The notes under the pieces: model-generated
Told to the model about the DNA's origin: nothing
The model's input: the letters and a program-made list of their open reading frames with translations, nothing else
The model's database searches: none
Assembly (NCBI GenBank): GCA_000934665.2
Contig: KZ538058.1
Location: 62,001 to 126,000, forward strand
DNA length: 64,000 nt
Source: Catajapyx aquilonaris
Lineage: Eukaryota
Direction of reading: 5' to 3'
Part shown: piece after piece, positions 53,342-64,000 of the stretch
How the letters are laid out: each line of letters opens with the position of its first letter
How positions within the stretch are numbered: the first letter of the stretch is position 1
Position numbers and translations under genes: made by a program

Positions 53342-56300
53342 TATATGGCAGGCTGTGGGGAGCGAGAGAGAAAATAAATCAAGTCAGCCTCAGACAGATC
53401 ACATGTATACAATGCAGTTTTTTCCAGCTTCATTGTCCATTCAGTTGTGCAAGCTTAAGGCTCAGATCTACGTCAAGGGCTTGTGACGACATCAGCACAA
53501 CTACAGGCGTGTGAGTAACCATTTTTGTGTGTGTCGAGTCCTTCTAGCCTTCCCTACACTCACCATCCTTAATCCAATTGCAGCTGCACTGCCTTTACCA
53601 ATTACATGCTCTTGCATAAACATGATTACAGTTGACACCTTTCTAATTACAATCAATCTCTGCAGAAAATATGTGTCAGTCCAAATTACAAATAATCTCA
53701 GATTATGCTTGAGAAATATTAAGCATGATTGGAGATGATCTTGTGCTGATGTAACTGTCCCTAAGGGCCTGTTGTACTAATGGAAAATAATAAAATATTT
53801 GATTACGTCAGATTGTGAGTAACTATACATAATATTGTAGATTTTCTTCAATTAGCTTTCATGCAGCCTGTCCTAATAGTTTACAAATTTATAATCTGTC
53901 ACATTTCTAGGAATTGGGTTGAGTAATATTCATTTGCTTATATGCACATAATTCCAAGTTGAAACTATTAATAGCCCAATTAAAAATTATTGCCAAATCA
54001 ATCCATATGTGCTAGTCTATTATAAGCAATAAGTTTGGGGGCCTACATTGAGCATGTGCCACGTTATTATATTTTTTCTTTCACAATTTAGCAAATGAAA
54101 TTCTCCTGGAGGTACATAGCATGTTTCTGTGGATTAGTATTCAACTGGCATACAACAATTTGCATCCAAAGTGGCTTATATCCTAAATTCAGGTTGTGAC
54201 CTGTAGGCAAGGTTTGTTTCATACACGTCACTGGTCATTCTTAGATTAACACGGCAAGTTCTGGCAGTTATAAACCACAAATTACTGAGCATCATAAGAC
54301 TAAAGGACGACAAAAGGATTCACCTCAAATGTTGCATAAACAAAACATGCAAATTATGAGAAAATCACTGCTACTATACAGTCACAATAATCAGAGATTT
54401 TCACTTAATTTCATTTGACACAACCAGGTCTGAATTAAATTTAGTCTTAATTAGTACTACAGCCGTTGACTACAGGTACAGCCATTGTAGTACTAAGGCA
54501 AAAACATTTTTTTTTTTTACAGCTAACTTCATATCATATAGCTTGCTTCCAAAACAGTCATGTTGACAAATCACCAATACTTTCATACATTCTTAATTAA
54601 TTTCATTTAAAGTGCTGCCTCAGATATCTTCACATCAGGAAATATGTGCAGGCCAAAAAAGGCTTAGGAGGAAAAAGACACAACATTTAATTGATATTGT
54701 AAAAATAATTTACATGGCACTGATCCAATAGTGATATGAAAATGAAAGTGCAGATTTCACTATTTTTCAATAAGATACCAGACACATTACTCATTAATGC
54801 ATTAGTCATGAATGATCTGAATGGCCGGACTCATCATTTCTTGCTCTCTGACGTTTGCTACTCTTAATCAAACATGTACGGTGTACACAAAAGCTAGGGT
54901 AGTACATGTAATGACATCATTTGTAAAGTGCAGCTGACTTGCAAAATAAAGACCACACATTTTGAGCATATAGTTGTAAAAGTTTCATTTTGATTTCAAC
55001 CAATGAACAAGGGAATATAAATCCTAAAGCAACAGGGCAATAAAAATGTTACACATAATTGGAATAGGAATGAAGGGCTTTGGATCCATAAAGGAATCTT
55101 GCAGAAAGATGACTCAGCTGACCTTCACCTATTGTCTCACATTTCCTTACTCCCATTAACTATGCAATCTTCTGGAAGCTTCCAAAATTTCTGGAGCCTC
55201 TAATCAGCCCATATCTCTTAAAGGAATGACACAACATTCCTATTACATCAGCATAATCAAATGACATGATGTAACATTTAATGAACTTTGCATTTGTAAT
55301 TGTTCTTTATTTCTCAAATGACATTGACCATACTGATTAGAAATTTAGTCAGCGATTTGCACATCACATCCTTTTTCATCTGGAACGGAAAAATAATTCT
55401 GCGTTGCATAATGCTTAATACCATTTTTAACCTTTCTCAAACACTAAAATGTTGCGAATGTGCCGTAAAAGAAATCCCCTTGCTGCTCGGCATGCCATTT
55501 AAATTATGAAATTCCACTAAATGATATATGATAAATGCTGTAGCTCTATGAAATTTTTTGAAAATGAACAGGATATCTCTGGCATGGTGTCTGGTAGTGT
55601 ATTGTAAGGTGTCCATGCGGAAGAGCACATAGAAGAAAAACTGCACAACCATAACACCTACACTTCCTGCTTCCACATGGCCCCTCTTTTGCTTGTGGTT
55701 CCTGGAAGCAACTCACACGACCAGGTTTTTACCCTCCAGGCAAAGTTCTCTTCCAGGAGCTCCACAATGGCAATGCACTACCCACTAGCATCATCATTAA
55801 TTTTATTTCAAATTACATGCCACTAAAATGTACAGTATTGGTAGGCCTGAATTTCATTAACTTCCCCATCATTTGCTGTGAAAATATCAACACTACTTCT
55901 GGTGACAGCACTAACACTTGTTGGCCTAGCAAATAAGCACTTATCTCTCACTGCTACTCACAAGAACTTTATCTCCCACACATCAAAAACTTGGAAATAT
56001 AGTGCACACTATATCAGCCCATGATTTCATTACTCACTGGAATAGGCTATTGATAAAACTAAACACTTCTCCAACAATTATACCCCATGGTGTATGAAGC
56101 ATCAACAGTTAAGTAAACAAGGTAAACATATCTGCCGATTTAAAATATTTTGAAATAATTCTTATATCTTATTATACCAAAACCCGGATTATCCTAGCTC
56201 AGATTATTCGACTCCTCAGCTTGTCCTACCATCCTGCTTCAGCAATAAATGGTTTTCTCATCAAATAATGTTTTGTATTTCCTTAGTTAATTTGACTGCA

Positions 56301-56526
56301 TTTATAAATACAGCAGAGTATCATGTAAAAGATAAATACTTCACTATTTCTTAAAACACCATAATATTGCACATTATGTTTTTTGTTGTGTGTTTCTTTA
56401 ATGGTTTCTTTTCTCCTCAGATCATCCGACATTTTGTGTTCCGATAATCCCCTGGTCCCGTGGGTGACGGATGATAATCAGGATTCTACTGTATTAAATA
56501 GCTCCAAGTTTTATTACAGGGCATTA

Positions 56527-56688
56527 AGGTGCATTTACATGCGAGCGATTTGACGAGTGAAATCTCCGCCGAGGCTACGTAACCCAAGTAACCAATATCG
56601 TTCGAGGCGAAAACCGATTGTTAATTTCAGCATCGGTGAAGATTTCGCTCCGCTTCACTCGTCAAATCGCTCACACGTAAACGCACCT
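56527..56688. mobile_element. PIF/Harbinger (Tourist-like) MITE
   Basis: TIR aggtgcatttacatgcgagcgatttgacgagtgaa / ttcactcgtcaaatcgctcacacgtaaacgcacct with TTA flanks. Confidence 0.8.
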
Positions 56689-56840
56689 TTATTTATTTTA
56701 ATTATATTTTTTATAACGCATTTTTCGACCTTGGGTCGTTTTTGGCAGGGCACGTGGCCATGATTGACAAGTTATAAACATAAATGGACTCTCTTACAAA
56801 TGTTTAGAAAGAATGCAAAATAATACAGTGCAGTACTATT

Positions 56841-56951
56841 CAAGTTAAAGATCCCCAGAGTGGCCAAATTTCCAGGAGGAGGACCACCCCCTGGCGTCGG
56901 TGTTGAGCCTTAGAGGCAGAAATAGGCCGACGTTAAGCCCCACTGAACCAC
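56841..56951 (+). mobile_element. 5'-truncated SINE copy with 13-bp TSD
   Basis: Nearly identical to 58385-58493; flanked by gtgcagtactatt at 56828-56840 and 56952-56964. Confidence 0.85.
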
Positions 56952-58110
56952 GTGCAGTACTATTGTAATGTTAATTGTTCCTGTTCATGTAATTAATTAA
57001 CTTTGACTAAATATGTGCACCAGAAGCAGCCATTTCAATATCAGCTTACATTACTGCCGTTATTAGTAGAGTACGAACCTATATATCATCTGCAATGGAC
57101 CGGCTCTGCTCCAATATAATTTTGTAAGTACAACGCATGCAAACAAATTCCACACCATGAACATTTACTCTGATGCATCACAAACAGGTTTTAGGGCACG
57201 AGATATCCTTGGCAACATTTTTAGAGTGTGTAGTTCTAGTTGAAGGCTACGTGACAACCCCAAAAAGTGGCTGCATCATCCAAATCAGCATACTCTATGG
57301 CCACCACATGGTGAGACCCCAAGTACTGGTGCACCTGATTCCTTTTTGCATCTCCCCCCCACATCATATTGTGAGGAGGTGAAAGTGTCTCCCCCATCAT
57401 CCCCCTCTTGGCCCCCATGCATGACTCAACCTTGCAGCCTAAAATGTGATGAGGTGGGAGGCAATACCTGGGGTTCGACGGAAGACTCCCCCTTCCCCCT
57501 ACTACACAAGACGACAATAATACTTCCGCATTGTTACCTTCCAATCTGGGGAGGGGGGTGTTGTTGTTGTTGGTTGAGGAGAGGGGGTCAGTCCGGGGTC
57601 ATCCTGGGCTCTCCTCTGTCTTTCAATCCTCCTTCTTTTTTCTTTCCTTTTCCTTTCCCTTGCCCTTTCCCTCCCCTATCCTCTCGTAATCACCCGAGCA
57701 CACAGCACAGTCACTCACTCCTGGATTTTGGGGGAGGGAATGAGGAATTGCAAGAACTGTGTTGGAGGAGGGGGGAGGAGGGGTGGGGGGGCATTGGAGG
57801 GGGGGGTGTTGTTGTGGTCCAGGGGATGGTCGCCAGATGGTGCTGAAGACGGACAGGTTCGGAGGATTTACACGGAGACGGCACTGCACAGGTGTGCTGC
57901 GCTCCTACTGGACGAAATGCGAATGGCCAATGGGCGAAAAAGGGACATTGAACACTTTCAGTAGAGCTTATTGTAGCTAACAGTCACTGCTACTGTTAGC
58001 TGCTATTAGCAGTCAGTGTTTATATCCCTTTTCGTCCATTCTTCCGTCCCAAGGAGAAACACCCTAACTTCAAAGCAAGCAACATGGGTGAAAGTCGCAC
58101 TAATCCTCCC

Positions 58111-58493
58111 CTGACTCAGAGAGGCAGTACGAAACACCCTGCGACATCTTATATGGATATCTATACATATCCAGCGAATATCTGCAATTGATATTTCCAT
58201 GATATCAGATAATATCAATATCCATAGGATGTCACTGTGCTCCTTGGACCCAAGGCTGTGGGTTCGAACCCGGCCAAGGTCGGTGACTTTTCTCCGGGTG
58301 GTAGAAAAGTGCGAGAGTGCGCCTTTCTTCGGAGGGGAAGTAAAGCCGTCGGTCCCGTGTGCTTGTGACATTGCGGGAGTGCACGTTAAAGATCCCCAGA
58401 GTGGCCAAATTTTTAGGAGGTGGACCACCCCCTGGCGTCGGTGTTGACGAGCCTTAGAGGCAGAAATAGGCCGACCGACGTTAAGCCCCACTG
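58111..58493 (+). mobile_element. tRNA-derived SINE, head apparently interrupted by a small hairpin insertion
   Basis: A-box-like tgactcagagagg (about 58112), B-box ggttcgaaccc (58261), central motif cggaggggaagtaaagccgtcggtccc typical of arthropod SINEs. Imperfect inverted repeat insertion at about 58135-58241. Confidence 0.75.
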
Positions 58494-58560
58494 GAAAAGT
58501 GTGCTCCTTGGAATATAGCCATATGGGGAAAGCCGTGCGCCCCGTGAGATTAGCGACTCT

Positions 58561-58736
58561 CCTATCCCCGGATGTCCCCTGTACCAAATCGCATTCGGGT
58601 GGCTGGGGCTGTGGATCTGCAAAATAGATGGTTGAATGGGAATTCACAATATATATATAGGTAGGTTATTAAGAACGGTTCAGAAATCGTTCGCCCGAAT
58701 GCGATTTGGTACAGGGCTCCACATCCGGGGATAGGG
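58561..58736. mobile_element. Hairpin MITE-like element
   Basis: cctatccccggatgt...ccctgtaccaaatcgcattcggg paired with cccgaatgcgatttggtacaggg...acatccggggatagg. Confidence 0.7.
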
Positions 58737-59995
58737 TACATGGTTAGCGCACGGGAAAAGAGAAGGAGTTGCGGGGGGGCTGCCCTTACTAGTTTAAGAT
58801 AGGGTGTTTCTCTTTGGTATGGCAGCTTTGGCCAGTACTGCTACTTGCTCTCGAAAGTAGCAGTGATTGGCTCAAAAATAGCAGTGACTGGGGAAATGTC
58901 GCAGTGACTGACCGAGCCCAATCATAACGGTGATTTTAAAACTGCGGATTAAAATTTAATCGTAATTATGGGTTAGTAATTAAGTGTGTGGGTTTTAGAA
59001 AAATTCTAATTTGAGACCAGCGGAGGTGAGAGTGCGGGGGGGCGCCTTTTATTGTTGTTGTTGTTTTTTTTTCGAACGTTCGGTCGGTGCAAGATGGCGT
59101 CCTGATTTCGGCTGGATGGCGGATTCCAACGGGAGGAAAACAATGGTTTGAGGGTCCTTCCCCGGATCCAGGGCGCCTCAGGATCAATTGTTCGCCTGCA
59201 GGTTGGTCGATGCCGGCTTCATCGTTTAGGTGTACACGTGGTTACGTGGCCACATTGTTTGGCAGAAAACACAACAATATAAAATGTTGTCGAGGTTCAC
59301 TTCTTTCCATGGAAACCGTTGTGATGTTGTCTAGCAACGGGGGACTCGCGACAATAAAGTTTGTTCTGGGCTGCTGGCTAGGTGAACACTTTTCCTGAGT
59401 CGACTGAACAGGTTGGTGATACTCTTGAGGTGGTGATGCGTTTATGAGTTTTATGCCGTAAACGTTCAGGGTGCAAGCCGCTTGAGGAAGGAGCGCAGCA
59501 GGGCTGTCGATATACCTGTGTAAGAGTGGACAACAACTTTCCTGGGAGCTGTTCAATACTGGAAGCGCAACTGTACGAGGGACGATGGTGCAGCAGGAGA
59601 ATCTCAGTGGTTCTTAATCCGTGACAGATAATGACCAGCTTTCAAATAATTGTCCAGGAGACTGTTTGGGCCTGCCTATGCTGTCGTGAAGATGGAACGA
59701 TGATTTCAGGAAGATTTAAGTACACATAAGAAAAACTTGCACTTAGCCAGCAGCAAAAAACAAACTAATTTTATTCCAAATTGCCTGTACTTTGACAACC
59801 TCACAATTGTTGTCATTTCAAATTTAAACTCAATGCCAATAGCGTCTGGTCTCGGCTGACAATTTCTGCAACTGCCTCACAAAAGGAGACACCACAACGA
59901 CAACTTCTGGTTAATGGTAATCTTCTGCTGAGGCAATGTCCGTGCCTTTTGTCATTAGGCCCATCCATGACCGCCAATTATTGTCACCTGCCACC

Positions 59996-62900
59996 ATGGA
60001 GTATGCAGGCCTTACCCACTATGAGACATCTCTAGCAGGGGGACCAGAAGAATTGTTATGTAAGTATTGTTTCCTTCCCTGGCTCATCGGATTGGCCGTC
60101 ACATACAGGATAAACGTGTTCTTCTCGTTTGATCAGTGTATGGAGGAGAGAATGGGCACTATCAGGAGGAAGGTTACGTGACTGATGCTGACCAGTTCAC
60201 ATCCGACTATGGAGATGCTGAATACAGAGAGAGCCAGACCATCATGGCTGATGGGGCGGACAGGTTCGGAGTGTCTGCAGTCACCTTTGATCTGCAGGAG
60301 GAGCTTCTTTGGATGGGGAACCAAGGAGTGAGTGTGTTTAGCATCGTACTTAAGTGCTCCCCTTGAAATTACTGTAATACCTTTATGTAAAGGAGGATTT
60401 TTTTGTATGTGACTAAATTTGGGAATGGGAGAAATCATTTGGTGAGAGATTCATTAGTAAATACTAATGGTATTGACACCTATGCATCTTGAGTAATTTT
60501 AAATATCAATCTTGAAGATTTTAAAATAATGTTTTTTGCTGAGAACGTGGCTTTTTCAAGGGGCATGTCACATCATACTACGGGCCCAATATGGAGAAGT
60601 ACACATCATTCCAAGTCCACGCGGACCAAGACATACGGCACATACACCCCATGGATGACAGCATCCTGGTGCTTACCCAAAGTACCTTGAGGTGTCAACT
60701 CAGGCGAGGAATTCCCATCTTCACTCACAGGTGTGACATCAAATGACCAGAATTGAATTTATGCATTGTTGAAGAGTGAACCAATTAAAAGTACAATAAG
60801 ATTACAAAAGCAGTGAAGAGACGAAGTTACAAATTGTTCACTCCAGTGCTCACTTTAAAATTGTTGCCTCTTTAAAATTGTTACTGGAGTAGACGATGCT
60901 TACTTGTTCATCAACCCTGCTCTTGAACTGGCGGCTCGTACAGTGCACTAGTGGATGTTGTGATGGGAATGTGTTTGTTTTACAGCTCTCCCGACATGGT
61001 TGAAATGCAGTGTTTACTTCAAACGTCACCTACAACCATACTGATGGGTGGCCACCAGGACAAAGTAATTGAATTCGATTTTTCAAGAGGCACTGAAACA
61101 AATCACGTGAGTTTTTGGATCCCTGCAGTTCTGCAAATAAACTTCCTGTTGGCTTTTTAATAAATGCAGGTGTCAGTCGGGGAGAGTGGGTGTGCTATCC
61201 TTCGCCAGCATCCACGCTTTATCTGCTGCGGCGAGCCCTCAGGACAGATATCCTTGCGTGACCCAAACACCTTGAAAGTTGAACACTACCTGGACAGTCA
61301 CACAGGAAGCTTATCTGACTTTGACATCCATGGGAACCTCATGGTCACGTGTGGATTTTCAAACAGGTTTGTTGTACTGTACAAGGTCATCTGCTGGCCA
61401 AGTTGACGATCCAATATGGCGGAGAATGGCTGGGATTATAGAAAGGTCATCCATTGAGGTCATCCGCCAAGTTTGATTACCTTTCCATGGGGTCAATAAT
61501 AATAGTCCATGAACTTGCCAGCACTGCCACTCTTTGGATCTTTAACCTGCATTTGAGTTCTGGGAAGCATGTTTTTAATGTTTATATTTTGTTAAGGCAT
61601 GGCAACCTGGCAGTGGACCATTATCTGATGGTGTTTGACATTCGCATCCTCAAGTCTGTGAGCCCAATACCAATGATGATCGAGCCTCTGCTTCTGCGCT
61701 TCATGCCATCATTCTCATCCCGACTGGCTGCTGTCTCAACAATGGGGCAGATGCAACTAATAGACACTGTTGCCCTCTCAGATCCTAGCCTCTCCTTATA
61801 TCAGGTAAGAAGATTGCTAAATTAGATGCTGGCATTGAGATGGCACATCAGATTGTCTAGCTCGGAAAATTTTATCATGCCCCATCTGGACCATTACAGG
61901 TGAATACAGCTGGATCTGTGTGCCTGGCTCTAGATGTATCTTCATCGTGCCAGAGCATGGCTGTTGGAGATGCAGGAGGAACCATCCACTTACTTACCTC
62001 AAACCCCACGGCCCTTTTCAACTCGTATTCCCGCCCAACTGAGTTTGCTGATCCTGTGGAACCCCTGGAACCCATCAGCTTCGACGATTTCCTCGCACCA
62101 CTCTCTGCCATCCCACTTCCAATCACTGACAGTCCACTCCTGTCAGACTGGCCCGAGGCCTTCTGCCAGAAGACGTATAGGTAAGCAGATTTAATTCAAT
62201 AGCAAGATGCTAATTGAAGGCTCTGGTAAATGCTGTCCATTGGTGATGCTGTTCTAAAAATTGACGTGTGGGCTACGTTTTCTGCAACGTGATCACGAAT
62301 TTATTGGTGTCATTTGGTACTTCTCACTAGGCGGCTGCCTCCAATAGATCCAGAGATACTAAATTCAATGAAGATCGTGACCACCATAGGGTATGCTCCA
62401 AATCCAGCAAACCGTAGAAGAAACCAAGTAAGATAAGCTGACTCGCTGTTCAAGTCAGGAGGCAATACATAAATTGATTTCTTCGTCACAGGTACCTTAC
62501 AAACTGGAGTGCAAGAGCTCGACCTCTTCATCTATGCAGGAACAAAGTGCAGTTGAGAAAAGGGATGAACCTCAGTTCATACCAGTGCCTCGAGAGTACA
62601 GGAAGTTGGAGGTCAAGTACAGCAAGATGGGGATGGAGGAGTTTGATTTCAATCGCTACAACAAGACAGGCTTCTCTGGGCTGGAGTCGACTCTGCCGAA
62701 CTCGTACTGTAACCCCATGCTGCAGGTAAAGTTACCTTGCTGTCGTGTAAGGCATGGGAGGGGTAAATTAAGAATTTCTTAATCGAAGCATGAAATGGGA
62801 GGCTTTGCCATCTAAGGGCCGGCGCAAACGGGGCAATTTGGAGGCAACTTGGGAGCAACCCACCCACCCAGGACGGCACAGCACATGCTCCTCTGGCAAT

Positions 62901-64000
62901 GACCGCGTGCAGATTTCCTGCAGCCAAGAAATTTGGGGCCGATCTGGGTGTGCTGGCGTAGTCTGGGTTGGGCCGCAACACTTGTACCCTCTAGATGGCG
63001 ACATGAGTACTTGGATATGTGCGTGCAAGTTGCCTCCCTCCCACATTTCCCCGTTTGCGCCGGCCCTAAGATTGTGACATATGACCAACATGAATTTGCA
63101 ACAGCATAAGTATCCTGAGCAGGGAGGATAGGAAAATGCTTGAGATGAATTGAGGTCAAACACCAGAGTATATGCAATATGTGCTATTTGGTGTTTCTTC
63201 CCTCGTTTTAAAGGTCCTATTCTACATGGAGCCGGTTCGGGCAATCCTTCTGAGCCATGCCTGCCGCAAGGAGTTCTGCCTGGCATGTGAGCTGGGATTT
63301 CTGTTTCACATGCTGGACACCTCCCAGGGCTTTCCCTGCCAAGCCAATAACTTCCTACGCGCCTTTAGGACTATCCCGGAGGCATCTGCGCTTGGTCTTA
63401 TCCTTCAGGACCATGAAGATGTCATGAAAAAGGCAAATCTACCTAGACTGATCCAGGTAAGACCTGCTGGGGCCACTAGTGAGTTTCAGTAGCATTGCGT
63501 AAATTTGGAAGGGAGAGCTGGCAATCATCATGTTACATATGCGTGATGAGCCGCTCAACTGTTAGTCTTGAAAAGGACAGACGGTTATCATGTAATATAA
63601 CTCTTCCTATATTAAATTTAATCAGCGAGGGGTTCTCTGGGATCATGGCTGCTTTCTTTCGTCGCACTTGGTCCTCGTTCCCTAGTCGTACAAATTATCC
63701 ATACTTGTGATATCCTCTAACAGCTTGTAAGTGAGAGAACGATGTTCATGTTATAGGCAGTATCTGCTGCAGTGTGCTAATATTATTTGACTAAACTGGT
63801 GGGCATTTTTTTTGCAGAGCTGGAACCGTTTTATACTGCAGCAGATACATACAGAGACCCAATCTGGAAAAGAGAGGGACTCAGGGAAGCAGCAGAGGGC
63901 TGGAAATGGTGGAATAGAGGTTGATACATCTGCTGCTGCCGCCTCGGCGGCTGTGACAGCGGGCACAGAAGCAGGGGTCCTGGCCCTGGGCCCATCGCAG
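59996..64000 (+). CDS. PAN2: PAN2 poly(A) deadenylase catalytic subunit (3'-partial)
   Basis: Kozak gccaccATGG at 59996. Exons 59996-60059, 60137-60327, 60561-60730, 60986-61106, 61170-61366, 61597-61804, 61900-62180, 62331-62427, 62492-62725, 63214-63456, 63818-end. WD40 region ([42 protein letters not shown]), linker (LLSDWP, IGYAPNP..RRNQVPY), pseudo-UCH domain ([59 protein letters not shown]). Confidence 0.95.
62816..63066. mobile_element. PIF/Harbinger (Tourist-like) MITE in a PAN2 intron
   Basis: Perfect 18-bp TIR gggccggcgcaaacgggg / ccccgtttgcgccggccc, inner ggaggcaactt / aagttgcctcc, TAA flanks. Confidence 0.85.

Larger units (their letters stand above)
57500..59200. promoter_or_regulatory. 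Divergent promoter region of UBR3 (-) and PAN2 (+)
   Basis: GC-rich, C/G-run-rich segment at 57500-57950 with a minus-strand donor-like gaag|gtaac near 57538 (candidate UBR3 5'UTR exon; acceptor just upstream of the ATG near 53353). CCAAT boxes (57927, 58918) and YY1-like caagatggcg at about 59090 on the PAN2 side. Confidence 0.55.

Noticed and set aside
58006..58647. 213-aa minus-strand ORF
   Set aside because: Runs across SINE and MITE sequence; no recognisable protein features.
62660..62725. USP-like Cys box lacking the catalytic arrangement
   Set aside because: A known property of the PAN2 pseudo-UCH domain, not a pseudogene sign or a novelty.

Overview
Eukaryotic, intron-rich arthropod genomic DNA, most likely an insect or other hexapod outside the beetle/moth/fly lineages (inferred from a SUMO1-type gene, an orion-type gene and tRNA-derived SINEs). 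There is one assembly gap (26099-26424). Hand-spliced gene models, left to right: a possible first exon of an unidentified minus-strand gene (~5.9-6.5 kb); AVL9 (-, 11 exons); a FoxJ2/3 forkhead gene (-); a SUMO1-type gene (+, first exon not visible); UBR3 (-, 21 coding exons); and the 5' part of PAN2 (+), head-to-head with UBR3. The most striking structure is a secreted-protein gene of the Orion/DUF4803 (chemokine-like, CX3C) type nested antisense in the 8-kb intron of UBR3. It has two paralogous, signal-peptide-bearing N-terminal modules, each able to splice in frame onto one shared C-terminal region. Introns and spacers carry many non-autonomous transposons: two TTAA-flanked piggyBac-like elements, five TWA-flanked hairpin MITEs, and several tRNA-derived SINEs, three with target-site duplications. 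All gene names come from recognising motifs by eye; no database search was run.
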